This document shows positions 14,560 to 25,222 of a stretch of DNA of 64,000 nt, piece by piece. The DNA lies in NCBI GenBank assembly GCA_009914755.4, contig CP068257.2, forward strand, positions 27,840,001-27,904,000. Direction: 5' to 3'. This stretch comes from the human T2T-CHM13v2.0 reference genome, Homo sapiens. Position numbers and translations under genes: made by a program. Position 1 is the stretch's first letter. Each line of letters opens with the position of its first letter. The notes beneath the pieces were generated by a model. That model saw nothing but the letters and a program-made list of their open reading frames with translations. It did no database searches and was not told where the DNA came from.

Positions 14560-15290
14560 CATCAGGAATGTCAGGTGACTATCAGGTATGGTCAGGTGGT
14601 TGTTAACTGTCTCTGTAAAATAGTAATTGGTCACAGCTGGCACCAAGAAAGGCCGTCTCCCGATAGATAGAAACGCCTGAAACTGGTGATCAGCAGCTTC
14701 CCAGTAAGATCTCATGAGCTGGGCAAGTGGGTTCAAGCATGCACATTAAGAGGCAGAATATTCCTAGAATGTTCCTTCTAGAACATTCAGCTGGTAAGTG
14801 AAGAAGAACTCCTCAAGTAAGCATGTGTACAACTCCAGTAAACACCACACTTGCGGTCCCTCCCAAGTGCTAGCAGGCTACCGCGCATGCAGACAGCCCA
14901 CCCCAGGGGATGAATCAGGGGAGAAGAGATGCAAGACCCCGCAAGTATTTCAACTTATAAAACCCCATGTCAAAGGTTAAACAGGGCATTTGATCTCTCA
15001 AGTTGCCTGCTTGGCCCTCTTCCAAGTGTACTTTACTTTCTTTTGTTCCTGATCCAAACTTTTTAATAAACTTTCTCCCCTGCTCTAAACTTACCTCTAT
15101 CTCTCCTTCTGCCTTCTGCCCCTCATTCAAATTCTTTCTTCTGAGGAGGCAACAGGTTGCTTCAGGCCCTCGTGGATCTGCCACTGCTAACCTGCTTTGG
15201 TACCGTGCAACTCAGATGCTTTCTGCTGCTAACAATAGTAGCAGCTTCTTCACAGGGGTTTGTGAAGAATGCATATAAAGCTCATATATA
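14560..15290 (+). mobile_element. Possible solitary retroviral LTR (ERV1-like U3-R-U5 architecture). Tentative.
   Basis: 'cttataaaacccc' (TATA-like) is followed ~120 bp later by 'aataaactttctcccctgctc' (poly-A signal followed by a U5-like CT-rich tract). Short internal repeats 'tcaggtgactatcaggtatggtcagg'. No matching consensus recalled. Confidence 0.3.
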
Positions 15291-15752
15291 CATTCCTGGC
15301 ACATTGTAGAAGCTATAGAAGTGTTGGTTATTGTTATTTTATTATATTGAAGAGGAAAAATTAGCTCCAGTGAAGGGCCTTAGAAAGGGAGAGTGTGAAG
15401 TTTCTATTCCTCTGTCAAGAAGATGGTATCTGCCAAATTCTGACTTTTCTGGGCCTCGAGTGGGCACTTTCGCCCTTTTTTCATAAAAATAACTAAGCTA
15501 ATATTATATTTTATGATTATGTTGATATAAAGATGAACACAATTCAGGCTGGATTTATTATCATATATTTATTGTTATTAATATTTTTCTTCTGACTTAA
15601 ATAAAATTAAAATATTTTTGTGGATTCCTAATGTTCTGTGGGCCATAGGCACTGTGTCTACTGTAACTGGCTAGGGGTCTGGGGTAGGGCTGGGAGTGAG
15701 GTTGCTGGAGAGAAAGAGGTAGACCAGGAAGACAGTCTTCATTGCATGTAGT

Positions 15753-15985
15753 GGCTTAGAATCTAGGCTCTGGGTTCAATTCCAGGCTCTACCACTTACT
15801 GATTTTTGTGACTTTGGATAATTTATTTAACATCTAAACTTTAAAATTTCCTCATCTACAAAGTGGGATAAAAACAATAATACAAACTCACAGGGCTATT
15901 TGTAACATCAGAATGCAATTATTTATATAAAGCACTTAGTATGATTTCTGGTACACAGTGAACATACAATGACTATGAGCATGAC
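15753..15985 (+). mobile_element. MIR SINE
   Basis: 'ctctgggttcaattccaggctctaccacttactg..tttcctcatctacaaagtgggataa..cacagggctatttgtaa..aaagcacttagtatgatttctggtacacagtgaacat' follows the MIR tRNA-like head, 'cctcatctgtaaaatgggga' core and 3' 'gcgcttagaacagtgcctggcacatagtaag' region. Confidence 0.7.
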
Positions 15986-17190
15986 TTTTAGCTCTATGTG
16001 TTTCTGGGTTTTAACCACCAGTGTCTCCTCCCCACTCTGCTCGCATTGCATTTTTCGTGGCGGTAAATTCCAACCTTCTGTGGATTTAGGGTCATGGCCC
16101 AGAGTTTTCATAACTTAGCAATGATTCCTGCCATTGTTCAGAAGTTTTTGAAAGTCCAAAGAGACAGGGCTTGATTCAAGAGCTCAAAGTGTTTATACAT
16201 CTTTCTGGGGCTTTTCTCTACCCTTCAGTCTTTATACATCTTCATATCATTTACAGAATTCTTCCCTGTGCTTTGTATCCAGTGGAAACTCATTAAATCA
16301 TACCTGCTAAATTGAAGTGACCTGGGGCAACAGAACATTTGAAGTAACATTAGGAACCCAATACTGCCCCACAAAGCTCTATGTCTATATGGAGTGGGGC
16401 CCTCTTGACTGCACAATAAAAATGTTATACAGAAATACTAGGATTTTGATATTTGAATTCAAACCCATGATTGAGACAGGAAAGAAAGAGGAGAAGATTC
16501 CCATGATAACTCATCTTAGGGCAGAAACGCCTCTGTCAACAAGTGCAAAATGTAGGAATTATCTGGAGGTTTACTTTCTGATTTACTTGTTTCAGAACCG
16601 GCCTCCTTTTCCTGGAAAGATTGTCCATCTAAGCCCACTAGTTCTGTTAAAATACACACGGAGGGGAAACGAGGATTAGTCAACCCGATTAGCCAAATCA
16701 ACCCTGATGGCAAATGAAGCAATAGACAACACTGCCAATGGTCACACCAATATTGTACTATCCCATTGGCAAGAAGACAGATTTCCCTCCCAGGGTTCAT
16801 ATGAAAACATAAAAACCAGAGATAATTTTTTTTTTAAAAAACTTAATTATAACAGTTTTACTCTTCTCTTTTGCTGATTTTTTTTTTTTTTAAAACCTGT
16901 TCCAAGGAGGAAAAGGATTTCATTGGAATCACATAGTGAGACAATTTACCTTGTCGAATAAAATTGCCAAAAGTTAGCAAGCAAAGAAACAAAGGATGTC
17001 AATAATGATCAAAGTCAATGATCAACTTCAGAGTCATAGCGGGTTACTTGCAATCCCCCTATTGTTTTTTTAGACAACGGGTTAAATTTTCTTGCAGTGT
17101 CTTGCAATGAATCTTGTATATTTTGCCAGTACTTAAAAAATTAAGAGATCAGAATGCCGTGGTTATTATACTGCTGGGTGAGATTTTTTG

Positions 17191-17348
17191 CCCTGTGAAG
17201 AGGTGCCTGCTTCACCTTCTGTTATGATTGTAAGTTTCCTGAGGCCTCCCCAGCCATGTGGAATTGTGAGTCGATTAAACCTCTTTCCTTTATAAATTAT
17301 CCAGTCTCAGGGAAGTTCTCTATAGCAGTGTGAAAATGGACCAATACA
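17191..17348 (+). mobile_element. THE1/MST-type MaLR LTR, 3' fragment
   Basis: 'gcctgcttcaccttctgttatgattgtaagtttcctgaggcctccccagccatgtggaattgtgagtcgattaaacctctttcctttataaattatccagtctcag..cagtgtgaaaatggaccaataca' matches the LTR 3' end (..CCATGATTGTGAGGCCTCCCCAGCCATGTGGAACTGTGAGTC..TTTATAAATTACCCAGTCTC..GGACTAATACA). Confidence 0.8.
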
Positions 17349-17767
17349 GATGTTTTCAAGATGACTTAAGAAAGCTTGTCATTAATGTGCCTATGCTGTT
17401 ATCAGCATCCATGGTATCATCCTAGCCTTAATTTGTCTCCTATTGTGATGGTTCCTCAGTGTTCTTTGCTGTCACTCATCTCTACATAACCCTTGGCTAT
17501 TGGATTCCCTGGGGAGTCTTTTCTAAGCACTTTTGTCCTCTCACCCCACATGCTTTCCTCTAAGGTCTCATGCATTCCCATGCTGTATGGTTTCTACAAC
17601 TTTATCCTTAACCCAGGCCTCTCTCTGGAGTACCAGGCTAGAATATCCAATTGTCTATTTCACATTTCCATTTAGAATGTTTCCAGATAACTCAAATTTA
17701 ACCCATCCCAAACTTGATTCATTTTCTTCTCTTCTCCTTTCCCCTTCAAAAACTGCTCTTTTTCCAG

Positions 17768-18005
17768 TTACTCTTGTTTCAGGGATTGGTAATCACCATC
17801 CTCCCACTTGTCAATCATCTGGGTTGTCACCCTTGACCATTCCCTCTCTTTCTCTTGCAGCCAAACACCACTGTTGTTGGCTTTGCCTTCTAGACAGCTC
17901 TGCCATACATCCACTTGTTTTTGTTCCCACTGCCACAATCTTACTCCATACTACCACTGCTTCTCTCCCAGATGACTTGCAATGGCCTAATAATTAGACT
18001 CCTGG
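17768..18005 (+). repeat. Source copy of a local ~240-bp duplication (see 18901-19151)
   Basis: 'ctcttgtttcagggattggtaatcaccatcctcccacttgtcaatcatctgggttgtcacccttgaccattccc..gcaatggcctaataattagactcctgg' is repeated nearly identically at 18901-19151. Confidence 0.9.
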
Positions 18006-18494
18006 TGACCATTTTAACCCACTCCCTTCTGTAAAGGAGACCATGCAGAAGTAGAGTAATTTTTCTTTGAAAACTCAATTCTGATCATACATCTCCTGAC
18101 CTCCATGGCAATTAGCAGTGTGGGACACTCAGTATTCCTGCCCCACAAAACTGTCCACCTTCTTCAAATGCTCTGCTTTTTGTTCACTTGGTGTAGCCAT
18201 CAAGTCTTCCTTCAGTTTCCTGAACATGCTGTGTTGTCTTGCAGAAACATAGGTGTCCCTATTTATCACTTAACTACTGGGCATCTTTACATCTTAAAGG
18301 TGACTTTCCTGATAGGACTTTTCTGAACTCCCTTTGTTTACTCCCTATCGGATCCTGTATTTTCCCACTTGGTAGGAATTGTAATTATTTGTTTAATGCC
18401 AGTTCTGTTAAGAAAGGATCATTTCTATCCCCAGAAATTAGAACCAGGTCAGGCATGTAGCAGTAGCTCAATACATCTGTGAAATGAATGAAAG

Positions 18495-18525
18495 AATAAA
18501 TAAATAAATAAAATAAATAAATAAA
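18495..18525. repeat. (AAAT)n microsatellite
   Basis: aataaataaataaataaaataaataaataaa. Confidence 0.9.
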
Positions 18526-18861
18526 GGAAATGAGAAATATTGCTTGAGTTTTGGAAAAGACAGTGGAGCATCCTGCACTTAAATATAAGGCCACCTGTAT
18601 ATCTATATATCTCTTCAGTTGAATGAATGCCAAAATAAGAATTTCCATTTTAGGGCAAAAAAATTACTGCAAGTCAGTAAGGTCCAGTGGAATGAGTTTG
18701 TCTAGTTGTCAGGAGACCTGGGTCCCATTGGCAAGAACTAGCTGTGATCTTGGTTAAGTCACAAAACTTTTTTTAATGCTTGGTACCTGAAATTTAAAAT
18801 GGAAATAAAATAGTTATCGCCTTAGAATTTGAAATAAACTTACAGTTATAACAGTACTTTA

Positions 18862-19408
18862 TTTATTTATTTATTTAGACAGAGCCTCACTCTGTTGCCC
18901 TCGCTCTTGTTTCAGGGATTGGTAATCACCATCCTCCCACTTGTCAATCATCTGGGTTGTCACCCTTGACCATTCCCTCTCTTTCTCTTGCAGCCAAACA
19001 CCACTGTTGTTGGCTTTGCCTTCTAGACAGCTCTGCCATACATCCACTTGTTTTTGTTCCCACTGCCACAATCTTACTCCATGCTACCACTGCTTCTCTC
19101 CCAGATGACTTGCAATGGCCTAATAATTAGACTCCTAATAATTAGACTCCTGGCTGGAGTGCAGTGGCACAATCTTAGCTCACTGCAACCTCTGCCTTCT
19201 GGGTTCAAGAAATTCTTCCTGCCTCAGCCTCCCGTGTAGCTGGAATTACAGGCTACCACCACCACGCCCAGCTAATTTCTGTATTTTTAGTAAAGACAGG
19301 GTTTCTCCATGTTGGCCAGGCTGGTCTCGAACCCCCGACCTCAGGTGATCCGTCCGCCTCGGCCTCCCAGAGTGCTGGGATTACAGGCCTGAGCCACTGT
19401 GCCCGGGC
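18862..19408 (-). mobile_element. Alu (antisense) interrupted by a 251-bp non-Alu insertion at 18901-19151
   Basis: (ATTT)n and T-rich tail plus 'agacagagcctcactctgttgccc' on the left. Resumes 'ggctggagtgcagtggcacaatcttagctcactgcaacctctgcc..gggattacaggcctgagccactgtgcccgggc' on the right. Confidence 0.9.
18901..19151 (+). repeat. Derived copy of 17768-18005, about 99 % identical, inserted inside the Alu. Carries an extra 15-bp tandem duplication 'taataattagactcc' at its 3' junction.
   Basis: Aligned by eye: only one substitution seen (catActacc versus catGctacc) plus the 15-bp junctional duplication. Flanked on both sides by Alu sequence. Confidence 0.9.
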
Positions 19409-20238
19409 TGCTTCCCAATTTTCAAGACTCATCTGATGTCCCTCACTTCATCTTGTACTTTGCCAGATTACTCTGGGAGTTCACACTGAGCTTCCTTTTG
19501 GTGATATTTTAAGGCACTTAAAATTCACCAAATTCTTCATCTAACTGATATATTTTGAGAACTAATTGTTCCTGTGCTAGTCTTACTTCTTCAAATAGAT
19601 TCTAAGTTCCCTAAAGTATGGAAATCTGGTTTATCATATTTCCATATGCCCTCAGTATCTGACACATGTTGAGTTCAGAGTAGGTGCACAAGAATTGAGG
19701 GGAGAAGTCTGGAAGGGATGGACATTTAGGAAGATGGAGGATCTGTAAAACCCTCTTGTCCATTTTTCACCAGTTGTCCTTGTTTTCACCAGTTTTTATT
19801 TCATCAAATATCCCCCCTAGATTTAAAACTCTCTGTTTAGCTCTTTTAAATCCAATAAAACACTAAACAGAGGATAAATTTAGCTCCTGGTAGAGGGTCT
19901 GCAAATGCAGATGTAGAGCATGTGGGAAGATTTCCAGGAGCTTTAGCAGAAAGTACCATATATTGGGCATTAGCTTTGGAGGCTGATTATAAAAGTCATT
20001 TTCTGTTTGTGATTTTGTAATCTTACTCTCAGGTGAGCTGTGGTCATTGCTGACAGGCAGGTCCATGCACAACAACCGTATCATGGTGCCTTTTTTCATC
20101 AATCATGAATATTTTTGTTGGGGGGGGGGGCTTTTTTTTTTTAAAGAAATCAATTGAAAGAAAAGGTAAAATAGGATGATCTGTGCTAGTTTGAGAAACA
20201 GATTAAAGAATACTAGAATACTTTCAAAAATTTATTCA

Positions 20239-20588
<350 letters not shown>

Positions 20589-20659
20589 CTAAACTCACCA
20601 AGGCATTATCTTGAGGGCTGCTCTCATAAGACAGAAGGATGCCCCTGGACACCTGTGAA

Positions 20660-20694
20660 GTGTGTGGGTGTGTGTGTGTGAATGTGTTTGTGTT
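20660..20694. repeat. Imperfect (GT)n microsatellite
   Basis: gtgtgtgggtgtgtgtgtgtgaatgtgtttgtgtt. Confidence 0.9.
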
Positions 20695-23044
20695 GAAAGT
20701 GTTTTGGGGGAACAGGGCCTAGAATGGGGAAGCCTGGGAATAGTAGAATCCAACTACCATGGCCGTTTGTTATTTCACTGTTGAGAAACCTTCTACCTGT
20801 AATAAGATGGTTATTAAAATTTTAATCAGAACTTTTCTGTGCACCTGAGGGCCAGGTCACCGAGTTTGCAGCTCAAGTATGTAATTCCCATATAAAGGAC
20901 TTTAATTAAAAATAATAATGATAGTGTTATTTTCAATTTCTGAAATCTTGATCGTGTTTTCATTTGTCTGATCTCATTTTGATTTTCATCCTCTTAACAA
21001 GCCCATGAAGCAAGTAGGCAAGAATTACTACCTTCAGGAACCGCAATCCATTCTATTTGTGAAAATTTTCCCTTGGTGATCCATTTCATAGTGTATCACA
21101 AATTCCATCTCCTCTTTTCTATACCTGTCTAGAAATATCAATACATGTAAACTACACATCTTTTAAATAACACCGTGTTATATGTGAAAGCGTAATTAAC
21201 ATAAAAGAATATATTTTACATACATCAAGCATAGCTAGAGGTCTCTCTTGGCAGACTGAGAGGCAAATGATGTGCTCTGGGGTTGCCTGTCATTCATCTG
21301 TGAAACCCAAAGGGCCTTCTTGAGATCTGACCCAAGGTGATGTTTTGTCCCTGTCCACATAAAAAGATGCTAAAATTGCTGTTGCTAAAGACGAAAAGAG
21401 TAATCTCACATAGGGCACCTAATTATATCAATATGATGACTGTGGACTGTATATGGACACTGAGAATTCCTAGGGAGCCCACATATACAAACCCACTCAT
21501 CACCACCCAGGAGACGTCAGGGTGTGGTCTGCTTTAAGGAGCAGTCTTCCTGTTATAGTAGCCTACTCTGAATGTGCCCCCTTGGGTTCTCTCCCAAATA
21601 CACTGAACATCTAGTCATGGATACATCTCCCCTGCCCTTGGACACCATGTGCTCAGCTTTCTGGATGCAGGAAGTAAGCCATCTCTGAGTACCTGCTGCG
21701 TCTCTGGCACTACCAATTAGGGTTCTGTGTGCTTGTGCTGTGATGGAAGAGGGATGTAGAAGCTACGGGTAGGGCCTGTGTCAGTGGCTGTTCAGTCACC
21801 TTCTGTTGATTCCTGTTGCCTGAGCAACAGTCCCTTGTTGGCGCATCTAGAGGTCTAGGAGTCCTTCATGAGTTTCCTTTAACTCCAAACCCTTCCTTCT
21901 TATCCTTTTCCTGGGCTGTACAGAGACTCGTTACCATTTTATCCTCTACAGTCCTTTCTGTTTACTTAGTTCTACAACTGCCTCATCTCACTGTGTTCTT
22001 GTAGTATAACTGTGGGGCTCTTCCCCTTTTAGTTAAGAAAGAAGCAAGACCTGGAGAGAATAACATGCTCAATTATGGAGCCAGGACTTTACATAGGTCT
22101 GTCTAAGGCCAAAATGGATGCTTTTAACCATAGTCCCCAAAGATTATTTCTCTTTCAAGAAGACTGCCTCTTATGTATGGCAAGGGGGAGAGAGTAATAG
22201 TATCTATTCCTTCTTCAGGGAGGAACATGGTGGAGAGACAGAACGTTATTATTTTTGTTTGTTTGTTTGGTTGGTTGGAAGGAATTCAAATATGTGTTTG
22301 TTCCAGAGAGTGGCCTGAGAACAGAGGCCTGCTGTCAACTAGAATACTGAGTGAGGAAGTCTGGAAAGACCTAATAATCCTTATCTTGGGCAGTTAGACA
22401 TAAATTACAGGAACTGTAGGTTCTGCAATTCTCAACTTATGGATGGCTTGTTTTGCTTGTTGGTGGGCAGGGGAGAGTGCATTGAGTTGCAAAGTGAGTG
22501 GTAGAGTTAAAGTGTATTAATTTTAAGTCCATTCACATGTTGTCTAACTAGTGTCTATAAGATTAGCTGGAAGAACCCTAAGAAATCTAGTGTTTAAGTT
22601 TAAGGAGTGTCAACAAAATGGTCTTCAAGGAAAAGACACCAGACGAACCCAGGACTGTGCTCAGCTAGGACTCAGTTGTTCGTGCCTAGAGGGGTTAGGA
22701 GGCATCTTTTACTTCAGTTTCTATTTGCCTGAGTTTTAATTTTTTTCACTGAAATAAGTAGAAGGACAGGTTGGGGCTTCAGGAGTAGGATGACAGCTAT
22801 ATTTTTATGAGGTTTTGTTGAAATTAGCGTCTACATTTCAATAGCTCTACGTTCCCACCTGCTTGATGGCGGCACTAAAGGGAGCCCCTCAAAACCTCCT
22901 CTGCTATTCCAGGCATTCCAAGGTGGCCTTGCAGGACAGCAAGGAAGAAATTTGCTCCTGGACTATGATTTCAACCTCGCCTGCTGTCTATTGCCTGTCA
23001 TGAAGAAGGCATCGTGATGAGGTATTGCTTTCACACCCTCTGAG

Positions 23045-23490
23045 AGAATAGGACTGCCACATACTACCATAAGCTTGATGGCTTAAAACAACAGAAATGC
23101 ATTCTCTCATGGTTCTGGAAGTGAGAAGTCCTAAATCAAGGTGTCTGCAGGGCCACACTCCCTCTGAGGGCTCTAGGGGAGAATCTTTCCTTGCCCCCTC
23201 CAGCTTCTGATGGCTCCTGGTGTTTCTTGCTTGTGGTAGCATCACTCCAATCTCTGTCTTCATCTTCAGCATTGCTCTAATCTCTGTCTCCATCTTCCTA
23301 TGGCCTTCTTCCTTCCTGTGTCTAGAATCTCTTTCTCCTTTCTCTTGTAAGGACACCAGTCATTGGATTTAGGGTGCAACTGAAATCCAGGATGATCTCA
23401 TTCTAAGATCCTTAACTATATCTGTGAAGACCTACAAAAGACCTATTTTCATATGGTCACATTCATGTGTACTGGAGGTTAGCAATTGGA
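23045..23490 (+). mobile_element. Ancient LTR-like repeat (same family as 1093-1501)
   Basis: 'ccataagcttgatggcttaaaacaacagaaatgcattctctcatggttctggaagtgagaagtcctaaatcaaggtgtctgcagggcc..tcttgtaaggacaccagtcattggatttaggg..' follows the same remembered consensus. Confidence 0.55.
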
Positions 23491-23499
23491 TATATCTTT

Positions 23500-24110
23500 A
23501 AAAATTGTTTATTTTTAATGTTTGTGTGTACATAGTATGTGTGTATATATATATATATGGTATATGAGATATTTTGATACAGGTATGCAATGTGTAACAA
23601 TCACATCCGAGTAAATAGGGTATCCATTGCCTCAAGCATTTGTCCTTTCTTTGTGTTACAGACAATCCAATTATACTTAGTTATTTTCAAATGTACAGTA
23701 AAATATTGTTGACTGTAGTTAGCCTGTGGTACTATCAAATACTAGATCTTATTCGTTCTATCTAATTATATTTTTATACCCATTAACCATCCCCACTCCT
23801 TACCCCAGCTACCCTTGCCAGTCTCTGGTAACCATCATTCTACTCTCTATCTCTATGAGATCAATTTAAAAAAAATTTTTAGCTCTCACAAATAAGTGAG
23901 AACATTCGAAGTTTGTCTTTCTACGCCTGGCTTATTTCATTTAACATAATGACCTCCAGTTCCATCTATGTTGTTATGAGTGATAGGATCTCATTTTTTT
24001 ATGACTGAATAGTACTCCATTGGGTATATGCACCGCATTTTCTTTATTCATTTGTCTGTTGATCAGCACTTACATTGCTTTGGATATATCTTTTGAGAAG
24101 ACACCATTCA
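23500..24110 (+). mobile_element. L1 (old L1M/L1P-type) internal fragment, ORF2 3' / 3'-proximal region
   Basis: 'cccactccttaccccagctacccttgccagtctctggtaaccatcattctactctctatctctatgag..cattcgaagtttgtctttctacgcctggcttatttcatttaacataatgacctccagttccatctatgttgttat..ctgaatagtactccattgggtatat' is co-linear with the LINE-1 segment ..CCCCAGCCCCTGGTAACCACCATTCTACTCTCTGCTTCTATGAG..GCCTGGCTTATTTCACTTAGCATAATGTCCTCCAGGTTCATCCATGTTGTTGCAAATGACAGGATTTC.. Confidence 0.7.
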
Positions 24111-25186
24111 TCCCATTGTAGGGACAAAGGCAACTGGAGAAAAGAGAAAGAAGAGAATAAATAAGGGTATGGAAGGAGTGGGGGCACTTGTGTCCTACTC
24201 CCTTTCTAGAGTATGGCAGAGCCAATTCTCAACCCTAGTAAGGGAGTAGGTTAAGTCAGAAGCCTAAGGACTTGCGAATCCAGCATGAACAGAGCAACTT
24301 CAGGGCTTAAGTGGAAAAGGTGACTGCGACCATGATCCTAGTATTATTGAGGCGGCCTGTGACCTTGGGGTGGCTACCAAATAGTACCCAAAGTTGTAGT
24401 GGAGAGATCCATGACCCCTATTCTCTCAGAGGATCTGAAAGCCATGGAGCAATATCTCATCAAGGTGCCTTCTGTGGTACAGGCAGTGGACAGCAGATGA
24501 GGTTGAAATCAAAGTCCAGGAGCAGATTTCCTCCTTGCTGTCCTGCAAAGCCACCCTGGAATGCCTGGAATAGCAGAGGAGGCTCTGAGGGGCTCCCTTC
24601 AGCACTGCCATCAAGCAGGTGGGAACTTAGAGCTATTGAAATTGAGACACTATTTTTAATAAAACCATATCCGTTCTCCTACACTGCAGAAGCCTGGGAG
24701 GATCTGCTTATAAAGGTACAAGAAAGATTAAAAGCACGTCCACATCATGTGTGCAGAAGCATGCGCTGAGTTGCTGCTGGTTGTGAGCTTGAAGCTCACA
24801 AAAATGAGGTTCCAATTTTGCCTCATCTGGAAAATCAGGAGGAAACAGCCTCTGAAGCCTGTGGTGAGAGTTGGGCTAAACGTAATTGTCAGGAGCCCGG
24901 GAGAATGTGGATGGTGGTGGAATTTGAGGGATTGATTGGAGGAAGAGATAAAAAAAAAAGGAAAAAAAAAGAAAAATAGAAAATAATTTTAGAAATAACA
25001 ATATTCCATGGTCTTTTCTAATGTGCTACTGAGCAAAAATTCCTGCTAACCAATACGCTAATGAATTGCCTGGGACATAGGGAGCACATTGCGAAGGTAA
25101 CACTAGGGTCTGTGTTCCTTGGGCTGGTACCAACCAGGAAAAAATGAAGAAAGAGCCGCAGTGTCTGGCTAACCAGCTTGGTCTAT

Positions 25187-25222
25187 GGGGGTCTTTCCTC
25201 AAGGGGAGTCTTTCCTCAAGGG
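25187..25222. repeat. Tandem duplication, 2 x 17 bp (gtctttcctcaagggga)
   Basis: Direct reading: 'ggggtctttcctcaaggggagtctttcctcaaggg'. Confidence 0.85.

Noticed and set aside
17533-17997. Longest ORF in the track (154 aa, Ser/Leu/Pro/Thr-rich) on the + strand
   Set aside because: It lies in a strongly pyrimidine-rich (CT) strand, where stop codons are depleted by composition alone. Its translation is low-complexity with no recognisable domain. Part of it is the segment duplicated into the Alu at 18901-19151, so it behaves as non-coding sequence. There are no flanking splice-site or Kozak features that I can support.
24311-24769. 152-aa ORF starting 'MEKVTATMILVLLRRPV..'
   Set aside because: It overlaps one arm of the 22845/24420 inverted repeat pair (repeat-derived). 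Amino-acid composition and codon usage look random, the ORF is crossed by ORFs on other frames and strands, and no conserved motif is recognisable. Treated as chance.
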